Below are positions 43,663 to 51,786 of a stretch of DNA of 64,000 nt, one piece after another. Source of the DNA: a phage; assembly GCA_014685065.1 (NCBI GenBank), contig GCA_014685065.1_3930.1; one strand, written 5' to 3'. How positions within the stretch are numbered: the stretch's first letter is position 1; each line of letters starts with the position of its first letter. The position numbers were made by a program, and so were the translations under genes. The notes beneath the pieces were generated by a model. It was given only the letters and a program-made list of their open reading frames with translations. It was not told the origin of the DNA and did not search any database.

Positions 43663-44004
43663 TTAACTGATGAATATTTTTTCAGGTTTTACATAGCTGA
43701 TACGTTGGTTTTTTAGCAGGTCATCCCAGATTAACGCGGCGATATGGGCATAACCGGATTCACGTAAAAGCTTCATTGTTTTACTTCTCGTTTCAAAACG
43801 GCTTGCGTAGTACTCACTATTTAAAACCGTTTTATTCCCTTCGTTATCTACATGGATAATCTGCATCACTTGAAAGGGGCTTGTGTCCTCGCCTTTGTTC
43901 CACTGTTCAAAGTATTTTAGGCACTGCATAGGTGACATCTTATCACTTACTTGAGTTGACCAAGATGCGCCAGCTTTATCGGTAATTACGGTTACATAAG
44001 CCAT
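43663..44004 (-). CDS. hypothetical protein (early cluster)
   Basis: 113 aa; type-A cassette upstream; followed downstream by 160-bp spacer with tandem TTGACA boxes. Confidence 0.55.
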   Translation of the reverse strand: MAYVTVITDKAGASWSTQVSDKMSPMQCLKYFEQWNKGEDTSPFQVMQIIHVDNEGNKTVLNSEYYASRFETRSKTMKLLRESGYAHIAALIWDDLLKNQRISYVKPEKIFIS

Positions 44005-44100
44005 TTTTGAATCTCCTAGTTTAAGGACTTTATTTAGTGGGGAAGGTCATTCCCTCCCCGTTGATTGACAATTTACAGACTTTTATCAGGCTTGTCTAGT
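44005..44100 (-). promoter_or_regulatory. type-A cassette: promoter TAGACA-N17-TAAATT plus leader hairpin and SD
   Basis: Same conserved leader as other type-A copies. Confidence 0.5.
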
Positions 44101-44329
44101 CTTTTTCAATGATAATTTCATATTGACCGTCAACACTGTCGAAATAGATTCCGTCGTCATCTTCTGTCTTAAAGTAACATTGTATATCATCACTAGCGGG
44201 ATAGTCTTGTCTTGCTATCTGGCAAACTTGAATAGCATTTTCTTTACTTCCTGTAAACTCTTCAAGCCCTTTAAAATCGCATGAATGACCGTTACAAATA
44301 GAAAGGATGAGGTAAACGGTTGTAAGCAT
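44096..44329 (-). CDS. hypothetical small Cys-containing protein (early cluster)
   Basis: 77 aa; preceded by hairpin AGCCCCTTACAGGGGCT + UUUU and GGGAGG SD. Confidence 0.5.
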   Translation of the reverse strand: MLTTVYLILSICNGHSCDFKGLEEFTGSKENAIQVCQIARQDYPASDDIQCYFKTEDDDGIYFDSVDGQYEIIIEKD

Positions 44330-44339
44330 GATTTAAGCC

Positions 44340-44365
44340 TCCCAAAAGCCCCTGTAAGGGGCTAA
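44340..44365 (-). terminator. weak terminator/attenuator hairpin
   Basis: Minus-sense AGCCCCT-TACA-GGGGCT then UUUUGGGAGG (short U-tract). Confidence 0.35.
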
Positions 44366-44395
44366 ATAGTGTTTATAAGGTGATTGCATAGGTTT

Positions 44396-44938
44396 TTAGA
44401 AAAAGCTCTTTAAATCCTCTTCTGCGATGTTTCCTGTCAGTGTATCCATGATGTCACAAAAAACCTGAATATTGTCCGACTGTTGAACACTTTTAGCAAG
44501 TAGTTCTAATGTCTCATCAAGATAGTTCATATTTGGGTTATCCAGTGAAGGAAGACAAAAAGGCGAATACATAGCGTTAAACTCTGTTGTATAGACCTTT
44601 TTAATCCAGTTTACATCAAAGTACTCTGTAAAACTTGCTACACTCGACATATTATCACAAGAATAATCATCATTTAGCTCATCATCTGGAATATCGAGTT
44701 CTAAGATAACAATATTTTGGGTTTTCATCTGGAAGGCCGCCGTAATAGTGGCGTTCCCTAGAGCTTGCTGAATGCCCTCCGATGTTATCTCTTCATCATC
44801 GTCGCCATAGATTTTATTTTCTGGATACACGTAAAAATTGCCGTCCATATCCGAACAATTCCATGCGCCTGATGGTTTATCACCGTTATTAATCAGGTTG
44901 AGGAAATTTTCTTGAGTAGTTCCGTGATAACATTTCAT
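44396..44938 (-). CDS. hypothetical acidic protein (early cluster)
   Basis: 180 aa; type-B cassette upstream. Confidence 0.55.
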   Translation of the reverse strand: MKCYHGTTQENFLNLINNGDKPSGAWNCSDMDGNFYVYPENKIYGDDDEEITSEGIQQALGNATITAAFQMKTQNIVILELDIPDDELNDDYSCDNMSSVASFTEYFDVNWIKKVYTTEFNAMYSPFCLPSLDNPNMNYLDETLELLAKSVQQSDNIQVFCDIMDTLTGNIAEEDLKSFF

Positions 44939-45023
44939 TTTTGAATCTCCAGTTTAGGATTTAGTGGTAAAGCTCTTTATCTGAGGCTTAAGTTATCAAC
45001 TTTTAAGCCCCTTGTAAAGTACT
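44939..45023 (-). promoter_or_regulatory. type-B cassette: conserved palindrome + AGATAAAGAGCTTTACC box + SD
   Basis: GGGGCTTAA...TTAAGCC(T)C inverted repeat with variable loop, then conserved box and TGGAGATTC SD; TTTACA -35-like hexamer upstream. Confidence 0.45.
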
Positions 45024-45227
45024 TTATTTGTTATTTTTGACAACTTTTAAAACTGCAAGATAGCCTAAGCAATAAGAATCACCGAAGAGAGTCCTACCCA
45101 TGAAAGAATCCTCTTTGATATCCTTTGCAGTGACAGTTTTTTCTACGCCGTGGGAAAGGACTATATCACCAACTTTGATATCTTTGATGTGTGTAGTTTC
45201 AATGGTTAAACCATTAATAATATCCAT
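45024..45227 (-). CDS. hypothetical small protein (early cluster)
   Basis: 67 aa; type-A cassette upstream. Confidence 0.5.
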   Translation of the reverse strand: MDIINGLTIETTHIKDIKVGDIVLSHGVEKTVTAKDIKEDSFMGRTLFGDSYCLGYLAVLKVVKNNK

Positions 45228-45330
45228 TTTCAGAATCTCCAGTTTAGGACTTTATTTAGTGGGGGAGGTCATTCCCTCCCCGTTGATGTGTAATTTAGAC
45301 TATCTAAAAATCAGTGTCAACAAAAATTTT
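45228..45330 (-). promoter_or_regulatory. type-A cassette: consensus promoter TTGACA-N17-TAAATT plus leader hairpin and SD
   Basis: Exact TTGACA -35; leader hairpin GGGGAGGGAATGACCTCCCCC. Confidence 0.6.
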
Positions 45331-45735
45331 TTATAGTTCTGCATAAATTGCATCGCAGATATTACGGAAATCGTGATTTGCCAAATTACGCTGCAACCAA
45401 GTGGCGAAAAAGTCAGCGATTGCAAAGTTAGCATCATACTCGACAGATAACCACACTTTAACAGCAAATCGGAACATTTTCAAATCTAACTCTTTATTCA
45501 TTACCTTAGATTTGCCTAACATGTCGGCCATTTCATGTTGTGCACCGTCTAGCGTGATACCTGCTGCAACGTCAGTCAATGAGTTTTTTACGCTTTCAAC
45601 GTCTAAGATAACACTTTGAATCTTCCCAATAATGTTTTGCAGTGTTTCATCTGGTGCTGATGACGTGATAACATTAATCCGGTTAACGGTCAAACGTGCT
45701 TTTAAAATTGATAATTCACGGTTATTAATAGCCAT
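45331..45735 (-). CDS. hypothetical protein (early cluster)
   Basis: Start set at ATG (MAINN...) after SD TTGGAGAAC; ORF-track start is a TTG inside the SD. Confidence 0.5.
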   Translation of the reverse strand: MAINNRELSILKARLTVNRINVITSSAPDETLQNIIGKIQSVILDVESVKNSLTDVAAGITLDGAQHEMADMLGKSKVMNKELDLKMFRFAVKVWLSVEYDANFAIADFFATWLQRNLANHDFRNICDAIYAEL

Positions 45736-45821
45736 TTTTAAGTTCTCCAATTTAGGATTTAGTGGTAAAGCTCTTTATCTGGGGCTTACTTTATCGAACT
45801 ATAAGCCCCTTGTAAAGTACT
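45736..45821 (-). promoter_or_regulatory. type-B cassette
   Basis: GGGGCTTATAGTTCGATAAAGTAAGCCCC palindrome + AGATAAAGAGCTTTACC + SD. Confidence 0.45.
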
Positions 45822-46094
45822 TTACATTAAATGCAGTTTTTTGCCTTTTACTATAATGTAACTCGATGCGCTATTGCTTTGCAAATCTTGATAAATTCTG
45901 CGTAAACGTCCTTCGTAGTATACTTTCCAACTGGTTGGAATCTTTTTCCCGTATCCTGTAGCAGTTTTTTGGAGTCCTGCAACTTGCCAATTTAAGATGT
46001 GTTGCTCAGCCCGTAAATCTTCAAAGCACATCACACCGTCTACATAGTGACGCAAGGTGACATTTAAGGTGCGACCATTGTTAGTAGTGTACAT
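45822..46094 (-). CDS. hypothetical protein (early cluster)
   Basis: Start set at ATG (MYTTNNG...) after SD AGGAGC; track start is GTG overlapping upstream small ORF. Confidence 0.5.
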   Translation of the reverse strand: MYTTNNGRTLNVTLRHYVDGVMCFEDLRAEQHILNWQVAGLQKTATGYGKKIPTSWKVYYEGRLRRIYQDLQSNSASSYIIVKGKKLHLM

Positions 46095-46119
46095 TTTAAA
46101 AGCTCCTAGTTTAAGGGTT

Positions 46120-46278
46120 TTATTTTGACAGTTCACTAATTAAGACATCAAAGATTATATCATTATCTGCTACAGTTGCAACACCAGTGATATAATCAAT
46201 TTCTAGGATAACAACAACTTTCGTACATAAACCGTCATCTATATCATTCCAGACAACTTTATCACCTGCACAAAACAT
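46120..46278 (-). CDS. unlisted small ORF (~52 aa) with its own type-A cassette
   Basis: ATG preceded by TGGAGATTCTGAAA leader and full type-A promoter; below the 60-aa track cutoff. Confidence 0.45.
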   Translation of the reverse strand: MFCAGDKVVWNDIDDGLCTKVVVILEIDYITGVATVADNDIIFDVLISELSK

Positions 46279-46375
46279 TTTCAGAATCTCCAGTTTAGGA
46301 CTTTATTTAGTGGGGAAGGTCATTCCCTCCCCGTTGATGTGTAATTTAATCTATCTAAAAATCAGTGTCAACAGT
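46279..46375 (-). promoter_or_regulatory. type-A cassette: consensus promoter TTGACA-N17-TAAATT plus leader hairpin and SD
   Basis: Near-identical to cassette at 45228-45330. Confidence 0.6.
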
Positions 46376-46700
46376 TTTGTTTTCGTTTGCTCAATTCTTG
46401 AACAATTACAACGTAGTAGTCTTTTAAGTCACTGACATTTAAAGCATTTATCAGAGAATTATAATCATCAACTAACTGAAAATTATCTTTGAAGATGTCA
46501 CTTATCTGATAGGTTTTCGCTTTATATCTGAAGCTCATCTCTAGCCGCTTTATTTGCTCATCACTTAAACGCCCTAGAAAGCTTTCTACAAGGCTATTGC
46601 TAACCTGCTGGGTGGTTGCCTTATTTGCTAGATTATAGGCTTTATATGCCTTATATAGAGCGAAAATGGCAATGATTGCAGTGATACCAGTCATTAACAT
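46368..46700 (-). CDS. hypothetical membrane-anchored protein (early cluster)
   Basis: 110 aa; N-terminal hydrophobic helix. Confidence 0.5.
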   Translation of the reverse strand: MLMTGITAIIAIFALYKAYKAYNLANKATTQQVSNSLVESFLGRLSDEQIKRLEMSFRYKAKTYQISDIFKDNFQLVDDYNSLINALNVSDLKDYYVVIVQELSKRKQNC

Positions 46701-46990
46701 GGTGTTTCCTCTTTACGTGATACTTTGCCACTTACAGATATCTCATAAGATTCTAATAAATCGCTTTTAGACTTTACAGGACTTTTAAAAGTATCATCGT
46801 ATATATTAACTTGCAATACAGGTTTTTTATACTCCCTGCAACTATTCCATAAGCAAATTACTACACGACGGCCTTTTATTTTGCCATGTAACCATTCCAT
46901 AACATCATGACTATTTCTTGATGTCTCGATAAAATCAATTTTATTGAGTAATTTGCTAAGGTTTTCCCTAACTTTATTTGATAATTTCAT
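46694..46990 (-). CDS. hypothetical basic protein (early cluster)
   Basis: 98 aa; type-B cassette upstream. Confidence 0.5.
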   Translation of the reverse strand: MKLSNKVRENLSKLLNKIDFIETSRNSHDVMEWLHGKIKGRRVVICLWNSCREYKKPVLQVNIYDDTFKSPVKSKSDLLESYEISVSGKVSRKEETPC

Positions 46991-47081
46991 TTTTGAATCT
47001 CCTAGTTTAAGGGTTAATTTGATAAATCTCTTTATCTGGGGCTATCATATCCGCTTGTTAGCCCCGTGTAAAGAAATCTAT
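46991..47081 (-). promoter_or_regulatory. type-B cassette (variant)
   Basis: GGGGCTAACAAGCGGATATGATAGCCCC palindrome + AGATAAAGAGATTTATC + SD TAGGAGATTC. Confidence 0.4.
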
Positions 47082-47594
47082 TTAGTTCTTAAAGATATTC
47101 ATCACTGAATCTTTTAATGCTTCCAAGCGCTCTAATACTTCAGATTCTGCGTCTGCGTTGTTCACTTCCTCTTTTAGCCTGTCATCTAAATCATCGCCGT
47201 CACTGTAGCACCAATCGAAAGCGTAACCAATATAAAAACTTTCTAAAACAGTGCTGCCATTTGCATCTACAACTTTCGCGGCAATGTTATATTCTGAAGC
47301 CTCTAAATCTCTTTCTAGTTCTTTCTGTAAGCTGATGTAAGCCTCTTTTGATGGATTTGCCCGGCCTTGTTTTGCATAGTCACTTGAAAGCTGTTTAAGG
47401 CTGTAATGTAAAGGGATTGCATATTTAAATTCATTACGCTGACAGCTAGGATTTTTAATCGTCACACCGCCTTGATGGTCATCTGTAAATTCCCAATTAT
47501 CAAGATTATGGCTTGCTTCAAAGCAATTGACAGCTTCATAAATAATAGTGAATTTTTCTTTTACAACTTCAAAGGTAGCGTCTACAGTTTTCAT
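47082..47594 (-). CDS. hypothetical acidic protein (early cluster)
   Basis: 170 aa, Asp/Glu-rich C-terminus; type-B cassette upstream. Confidence 0.55.
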   Translation of the reverse strand: MKTVDATFEVVKEKFTIIYEAVNCFEASHNLDNWEFTDDHQGGVTIKNPSCQRNEFKYAIPLHYSLKQLSSDYAKQGRANPSKEAYISLQKELERDLEASEYNIAAKVVDANGSTVLESFYIGYAFDWCYSDGDDLDDRLKEEVNNADAESEVLERLEALKDSVMNIFKN

Positions 47595-47679
47595 TTTTGA
47601 ATCTCCAGTTTAGGATTGATTGGTAAAGCTCTTTATCTGGGGCTTAAGGTATCAGCTTTTAAGCCCCCTGTAAAGTACT
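47595..47679 (-). promoter_or_regulatory. type-B cassette
   Basis: GGGGGCTTAAAAGCTGATACCTTAAGCCCC palindrome + AGATAAAGAGCTTTACC + SD. Confidence 0.45.
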
Positions 47680-47973
47680 TTATTTGTTAATTTTCAGCTT
47701 TGCATAACTTCTCATTGTACGAATGGGGGATGTTAATGCTACGCGTCTAATGTATGCCTTTTTCGTGTATACATTTGTCTTCCCGATAGTGTTTACACAT
47801 GTAAAAAGGTTTATCGGTGAATTTTTTAACTTCAACTGTTTATCAACCTTCACGCCCCACCTTACAGCAGATTGTTTTCCATTGTCAACCACTTTCCCGC
47901 ATAACTTTTTAGCCATAACGCGAGCGTCATCACGAGTCTTTGCAGTAATTACAACGTTTTTGATAATAGCCAT
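47680..47973 (-). CDS. hypothetical basic protein (early cluster)
   Basis: Start set at ATG (MAIIKN...) after SD TTGGAGAAC; track start is a TTG inside the SD. Confidence 0.5.
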   Translation of the reverse strand: MAIIKNVVITAKTRDDARVMAKKLCGKVVDNGKQSAVRWGVKVDKQLKLKNSPINLFTCVNTIGKTNVYTKKAYIRRVALTSPIRTMRSYAKLKINK

Positions 47974-48058
47974 TTTTAAGTTCTCCAATTTAGGATTTAG
48001 TGGTAAAGCTCTTTATCTGGGCTTACTTTATCGAACTATAAGCCCCTTGTAAAGTTCT
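47974..48058 (-). promoter_or_regulatory. type-B cassette
   Basis: Near-identical to copy at 45736-45821. Confidence 0.45.
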
Positions 48059-48442
48059 TTATTTGTTAATTTTGAAGATAGTTACATAACCATCGCTGCC
48101 GATGATTTGTGATGCTCCAGCTTTTTCTACTTGATAGCCCATATTTTCAAGATGATAAACAGCATCATCATAACCATATGCGCCACCCTGATAACGTCTC
48201 TTATCGCATTTTATCAGGTTTTTACCACGTCCAGCAAGTGCATTCAGTACAGCTTTTTCACTTGATAGTGTGCCATCTAACATGGTTGCCGTGTAATGGT
48301 TGATTCTATTCCCGTTTACATCATACTTAAAATTGAATGCGTGAACAACGATAATGTTACCTTTAAAATTTTCATCAAGTGACTTCTCCAGTGCGTTGCG
48401 AAAGTTGTCTTTGTTGATGAATTTAGGTGCACGATATGCCAT
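48059..48442 (-). CDS. hypothetical protein (early cluster)
   Basis: 127 aa; type-B cassette upstream. Confidence 0.55.
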   Translation of the reverse strand: MAYRAPKFINKDNFRNALEKSLDENFKGNIIVVHAFNFKYDVNGNRINHYTATMLDGTLSSEKAVLNALAGRGKNLIKCDKRRYQGGAYGYDDAVYHLENMGYQVEKAGASQIIGSDGYVTIFKINK

Positions 48443-48532
48443 TTTTGAATCTCCTAGTTTAAGGGTTAATTTGGTAAAGCTCTTTATCTGGGGCTTACTT
48501 TATCGAACTATAAGCCCCATGTAAAGTACTTT
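48443..48532 (-). promoter_or_regulatory. type-B cassette
   Basis: GGGGCTTATAGTTCGATAAAGTAAGCCCC palindrome + AGATAAAGAGCTTTACC + SD TAGGAGATTC. Confidence 0.45.
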
Positions 48533-48754
48533 TTATTTATCGTAATAGTAAATCGCTGTTTGCCTTGTAAAATTCTTAGTATTTCTTGTAAGGTAGCAAT
48601 TAGAGTTTATAGCTGTTTCTACATAGTTGCAATAGTCAGCTTCTGATATTCTAGACCATACGCCACAAATTTGCATGTAAAAACGTTTTACCTTTGTGTT
48701 AACGTTAGTTGTAACCATCAATTCACGACTGTAAAGCATTATTTCGCGCTCCAT
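48533..48754 (-). CDS. hypothetical small protein (early cluster)
   Basis: 73 aa; overlaps upstream ORF by 16 nt; weak SD. Confidence 0.35.
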   Translation of the reverse strand: MEREIMLYSRELMVTTNVNTKVKRFYMQICGVWSRISEADYCNYVETAINSNCYLTRNTKNFTRQTAIYYYDK

Positions 48755-48927
48755 TTCTCAAAGAGTTCAGCAGGGAAACGTTCGCTATACCCTTTTAAGG
48801 AAAAAGTATTATCTTTGTGGATAGCTTCCACCTGATAAACCTTATAAGAGCGTATAGTTAGCATTTTGTAAGAGTATTCGTGCTTAATGTTAACCTCATC
48901 GCCAACTTTAATTTTTCTTGATGCCAT
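48739..48927 (-). CDS. hypothetical small protein, first gene of early cluster
   Basis: 62 aa; type-A cassette upstream. Confidence 0.5.
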   Translation of the reverse strand: MASRKIKVGDEVNIKHEYSYKMLTIRSYKVYQVEAIHKDNTFSLKGYSERFPAELFEKWSAK

Positions 48928-49035
48928 TTTTGAATCTCCAGTTTAGGATTTTATTTAGTGGGGAAGGTCATTCCCTCCCCGTTGATGTAAATATTAGATA
49001 ACCACGTTCAAAGAGTCAATAAAAATTTTAAAAAT
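48928..49035 (-). promoter_or_regulatory. type-A cassette: promoter TTGACT-N17-TAATAT plus leader hairpin and SD
   Basis: First cassette of the cluster; leader CAACGGGGAGGGAATGACCTTCCCC. Confidence 0.55.
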
Positions 49036-49129
49036 ATTTTTGGCAAAACTGTAATGAAACGGGTGCGCACGACTACCACAAAACAGAACGCAAATCAAGA
49101 ATTATTTTTCAATCCGCTACAAATTTTTC

Positions 49130-49400
49130 TCTTGACTTTTGGGGAGAGGGGGAGTAAGAGGGGGAGAGGGGTTGGGCTGGCTGTCTATAAAAACCTACCT
49201 GCACAATTCTAAAATGATTTTTCTTGCCCGACCTGAGCGGGGTCTGCACGTTTTGAAAATGAAAAAGCTCTTTGGAGATTACCTGCACAGTTTGAAAATG
49301 AATTTTCTCTTTGGAGTTCAAAATTTTCTCTATAGATTTCTCTACAGAACTCTACCTGCACAAATCTGAAATGAAAAAGCCCTCCTTACCTGAAAAATTT
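49130..49400. repeat. G-rich polypurine tract followed by four direct repeats of a ~22-bp box
   Basis: GGGGAGAGGGGGAGTAAGAGGGGGAGAGGGG at ~49142-49172; ACCTGCACA..T.TGAAAATGA-type box at ~49197, 49239, 49282, 49353. Confidence 0.5.
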
Positions 49401-49447
49401 ACCAGATAAGAAAGGCTTAGGCTATTGTGAATATCCTACAGAGTTTC

Positions 49448-50233
49448 TTAGTTCTTTGCGTCTAAGAAGGTAACTTCTGGTGAAGAGAAGATTGCCTCAA
49501 TACCCTCATCAGTTCTTGCATAGATATAAGCTTCTGCATCACTACCAAATGTTACAGCAATTCTGTGATTGCTCTTTGACAGGTGGGTAACTAGAGCGTT
49601 ACTTAGAGACATCTTTTCAACCGGAGGGTTACTTTGATGTGTCTTACCTTTTCTTCGTCTGAAGAGGGTAACTGCGTTATCTGTGAACACTGCTACACCT
49701 GCAAAGTATTCTGGTTCACAGTAGTTCTTCCAACCTGAGAGTAACTTGTGGTACATCTCTCCTTCATAGACATATAGATAAACATCTACACTCTTCATCA
49801 CCTGATTGATGATAACTGTGACGGCTTGAGGGTCAAGTCCACCGATACCTGCACCAATCATAGGTAAACCAACTTTCTTCAACTGATTAACTTCACAGTA
49901 TCTGTTAAGTTGCTTCAAAGACGACTCTAAAGCACTGTATCGGGCATCTTTACCAGTCTTAAGCTGAGTGTAAAGGTTAGCTATACGACCTTGTTTTAAG
50001 CGTGCTACAGAGAAATTACCTAGTAAATTCTCACAGGGTTTGTGACCTATACCACCTGCATAGAGATAAACTTCTGTATCGGTCTCATATGCTTTTGGGT
50101 AAAGTTTAGAAATCTTGTCAGCGATACCTGCACCCATTAGGTTCATGCAGTTACAACCATGACCAATGATGTCAAACTTACCTTTATCAAATGCAGCAAA
50201 GATATCACCATTGATGATTTTTACAATACCCAT
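49448..50233 (-). CDS. macro-domain protein (TARG1/DarG-like ADP-ribose hydrolase fold) with C-terminal extension
   Basis: 261 aa; N-terminal 150 aa has macro-domain signatures (IINGDIF, DIIGHGCNCMNLMGAGIA, LPMIGAGIGGLD) resembling TARG1-type macrodomains. Confidence 0.55.
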   Translation of the reverse strand: MGIVKIINGDIFAAFDKGKFDIIGHGCNCMNLMGAGIADKISKLYPKAYETDTEVYLYAGGIGHKPCENLLGNFSVARLKQGRIANLYTQLKTGKDARYSALESSLKQLNRYCEVNQLKKVGLPMIGAGIGGLDPQAVTVIINQVMKSVDVYLYVYEGEMYHKLLSGWKNYCEPEYFAGVAVFTDNAVTLFRRRKGKTHQSNPPVEKMSLSNALVTHLSKSNHRIAVTFGSDAEAYIYARTDEGIEAIFSSPEVTFLDAKN

Positions 50234-50434
50234 TTAGCATCTCTCCCAAGATTCTTTATCTTCTGAAGGTTTTACACGTTGCCCCTCATGGTCTACCCAG
50301 ATGCACCCACAACCTTCACAGATTACTGGCATTGCATAACCAGCTTTAAAATCATCTTCAGTGATAAGACCTTTTAAGTCACCTGTATCACGTCCGAACA
50401 TTTCGATAGAACAGTCTTTACAGAAGTCAGCCAT
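50234..50434 (-). CDS. small Cys-rich (zinc-binding-like) protein
   Basis: Start set at MADFCKDC... after SD AAGAGG; CxxC ... CEGCGC pattern. Confidence 0.4.
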   Translation of the reverse strand: MADFCKDCSIEMFGRDTGDLKGLITEDDFKAGYAMPVICEGCGCIWVDHEGQRVKPSEDKESWERC

Positions 50435-50654
50435 GAATAATTGCCTCTTGAATGATGATACCTTTACCACAACGACTTTTAAAGTCTTCCAATGGTTCAG
50501 AGATGAAGCCACGTAAGCAGTCAGTGAATACTAAGTTCTTCCTGTAAGCTATCACATCATTTGCTGTAAATGGGATGACCTCATTTCGTCCAATGAATAC
50601 TGCTGACCTTATAAGTTTTCGTGTCTTTTTATCTCTGGCTAGTATTACTTTCAT
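50427..50654 (-). CDS. hypothetical small protein
   Basis: 75 aa ORF coupled to neighbours. Confidence 0.4.
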   Translation of the reverse strand: MKVILARDKKTRKLIRSAVFIGRNEVIPFTANDVIAYRKNLVFTDCLRGFISEPLEDFKSRCGKGIIIQEAIIHG

Positions 50655-50955
50655 AGTTTACCTTCTCAGTTAGTTCATATAAATCAACATGCTCAATACT
50701 GTCAATGTTGATATCAATCTTTTTGAAACGCTCCATCACTTCGTTATCAGTCATCCATATCAGACACCAATGATTCTGGATGGATTCTTCAAGAAGGTCA
50801 ACACAATCTTTAAAGGTTTTTGTATCACTCCTTGTTCCTACTACTGCGATTGTTCCATATAGCCACTTACCATTGCCATAAGATACTTGTGCTACGCCAA
50901 CTTCTTTACCTTTCTCATAGTAAACGGCTACAAAGTCTCTTCCATTAATCTGCAT
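50629..50955 (-). CDS. hypothetical protein
   Basis: 108 aa ORF. Confidence 0.45.
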   Translation of the reverse strand: MQINGRDFVAVYYEKGKEVGVAQVSYGNGKWLYGTIAVVGTRSDTKTFKDCVDLLEESIQNHWCLIWMTDNEVMERFKKIDINIDSIEHVDLYELTEKVNYESNTSQR

Positions 50956-50957
50956 AG

Positions 50958-51227
50958 TTACTTCCTCGTTTTAAGAACTGCTAAGATTTCTTTAGAATCT
51001 GGTAAGAACCATGTGTAGTGATTCTCTTTGATTTCTGGATGAGTGTCAACCTTTATTTTGCAATCTTTACCAACATGTTTAAGCTGTGCTGTGACACCTT
51101 GCATAAAGATATGGCACATCACATTATCCATAATGGTTGGTGAGAAATCAATTCGCATATAAGTCTCTTTTGGTCGTGGTAACAGTAAGTACCCTTCTAC
51201 GTAAAAAGTATCTTGATTCTCTGTCAT
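50958..51227 (-). CDS. hypothetical protein
   Basis: 89 aa ORF. Confidence 0.45.
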   Translation of the reverse strand: MTENQDTFYVEGYLLLPRPKETYMRIDFSPTIMDNVMCHIFMQGVTAQLKHVGKDCKIKVDTHPEIKENHYTWFLPDSKEILAVLKTRK

Positions 51228-51493
51228 TGCTGCTTATTCCCTAATAAAATCATGTCAATAAGGTTGTTAGCTTTGATTGTGCACTGGTAAAAGCCGTCAC
51301 GATAGAACTCAAGGGCTGCTGCTACATCGCTGCCTGTGTTGCCTTTGATGATATACCGTGATTCTTCTTGGGTGTACTTATCACCCTCACTTACTTGGGA
51401 GTTTTTGAATGTACTGCTCACTTTGTTCGTTGAACACCCTGACATAGTTATCAGTAACACAAACATTATAAAACTCTGGCTTAGTTTTTTCAT
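51224..51493 (-). CDS. putative outer-membrane lipoprotein (o-spanin candidate)
   Basis: 89 aa; signal peptide with lipobox-like ITMSGC; starts inside the preceding TM-protein gene in another frame (overlapped spanin layout). Confidence 0.4.
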   Translation of the reverse strand: MKKLSQSFIMFVLLITMSGCSTNKVSSTFKNSQVSEGDKYTQEESRYIIKGNTGSDVAAALEFYRDGFYQCTIKANNLIDMILLGNKQQ

Positions 51494-51734
51494 ATGTTAG
51501 TACCTCTTTTGTATGCTTATTCTTAGCAAGCACATCTTTCAAATCATTTTTGTAATTGGTGCTGAGTGTGGCTAAACCTTCCTGATAAGCATCTTTAGCA
51601 ACACTTATTAGTTTCTCATTATTTAGCTCAGTTTCAGCAACTTGATAGTCTCTGTAAGAGTATCCTCCCCAGACACCTGCACCAACTAAGAAAACAATTA
51701 TGAAAGTAGCTTGACAGAACTCTTTAAATGTCAT
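51387..51734 (-). CDS. putative i-spanin (N-terminal TM helix plus helical periplasmic domain)
   Basis: 115 aa; TM segment FIIVFLVGAGVWGGY then coiled-coil-like sequence; overlaps lipoprotein ORF. Confidence 0.4.
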   Translation of the reverse strand: MTFKEFCQATFIIVFLVGAGVWGGYSYRDYQVAETELNNEKLISVAKDAYQEGLATLSTNYKNDLKDVLAKNKHTKEVLTYEKTKPEFYNVCVTDNYVRVFNEQSEQYIQKLPSK

Positions 51735-51749
51735 TTAACAATCTCCTAA

Positions 51750-51776
51750 AATGAAAAAGGCTCCCGAAGGAGCCTG
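51750..51776 (-). terminator. rho-independent terminator
   Basis: Minus-sense GGCTCC-TTCG-GGAGCC followed by UUUUUCAUUUU. Confidence 0.6.
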
Positions 51777-51786
51777 TATCTTAACC

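Noticed and set aside
42516-49035. The reiterated ~90-bp intergenic cassettes as a CRISPR array
   Set aside because: The repeats are 85-100 bp, of two different types, imperfect, and the intervening sequences are 200-550 bp protein-coding ORFs with SDs; no cas genes present.
49109-49369. Track ORFs 49109-49321 (minus) and 49139-49369 (plus)
   Set aside because: Both read through the G-rich tract and direct repeats, giving low-complexity peptides; more likely non-coding regulatory DNA.
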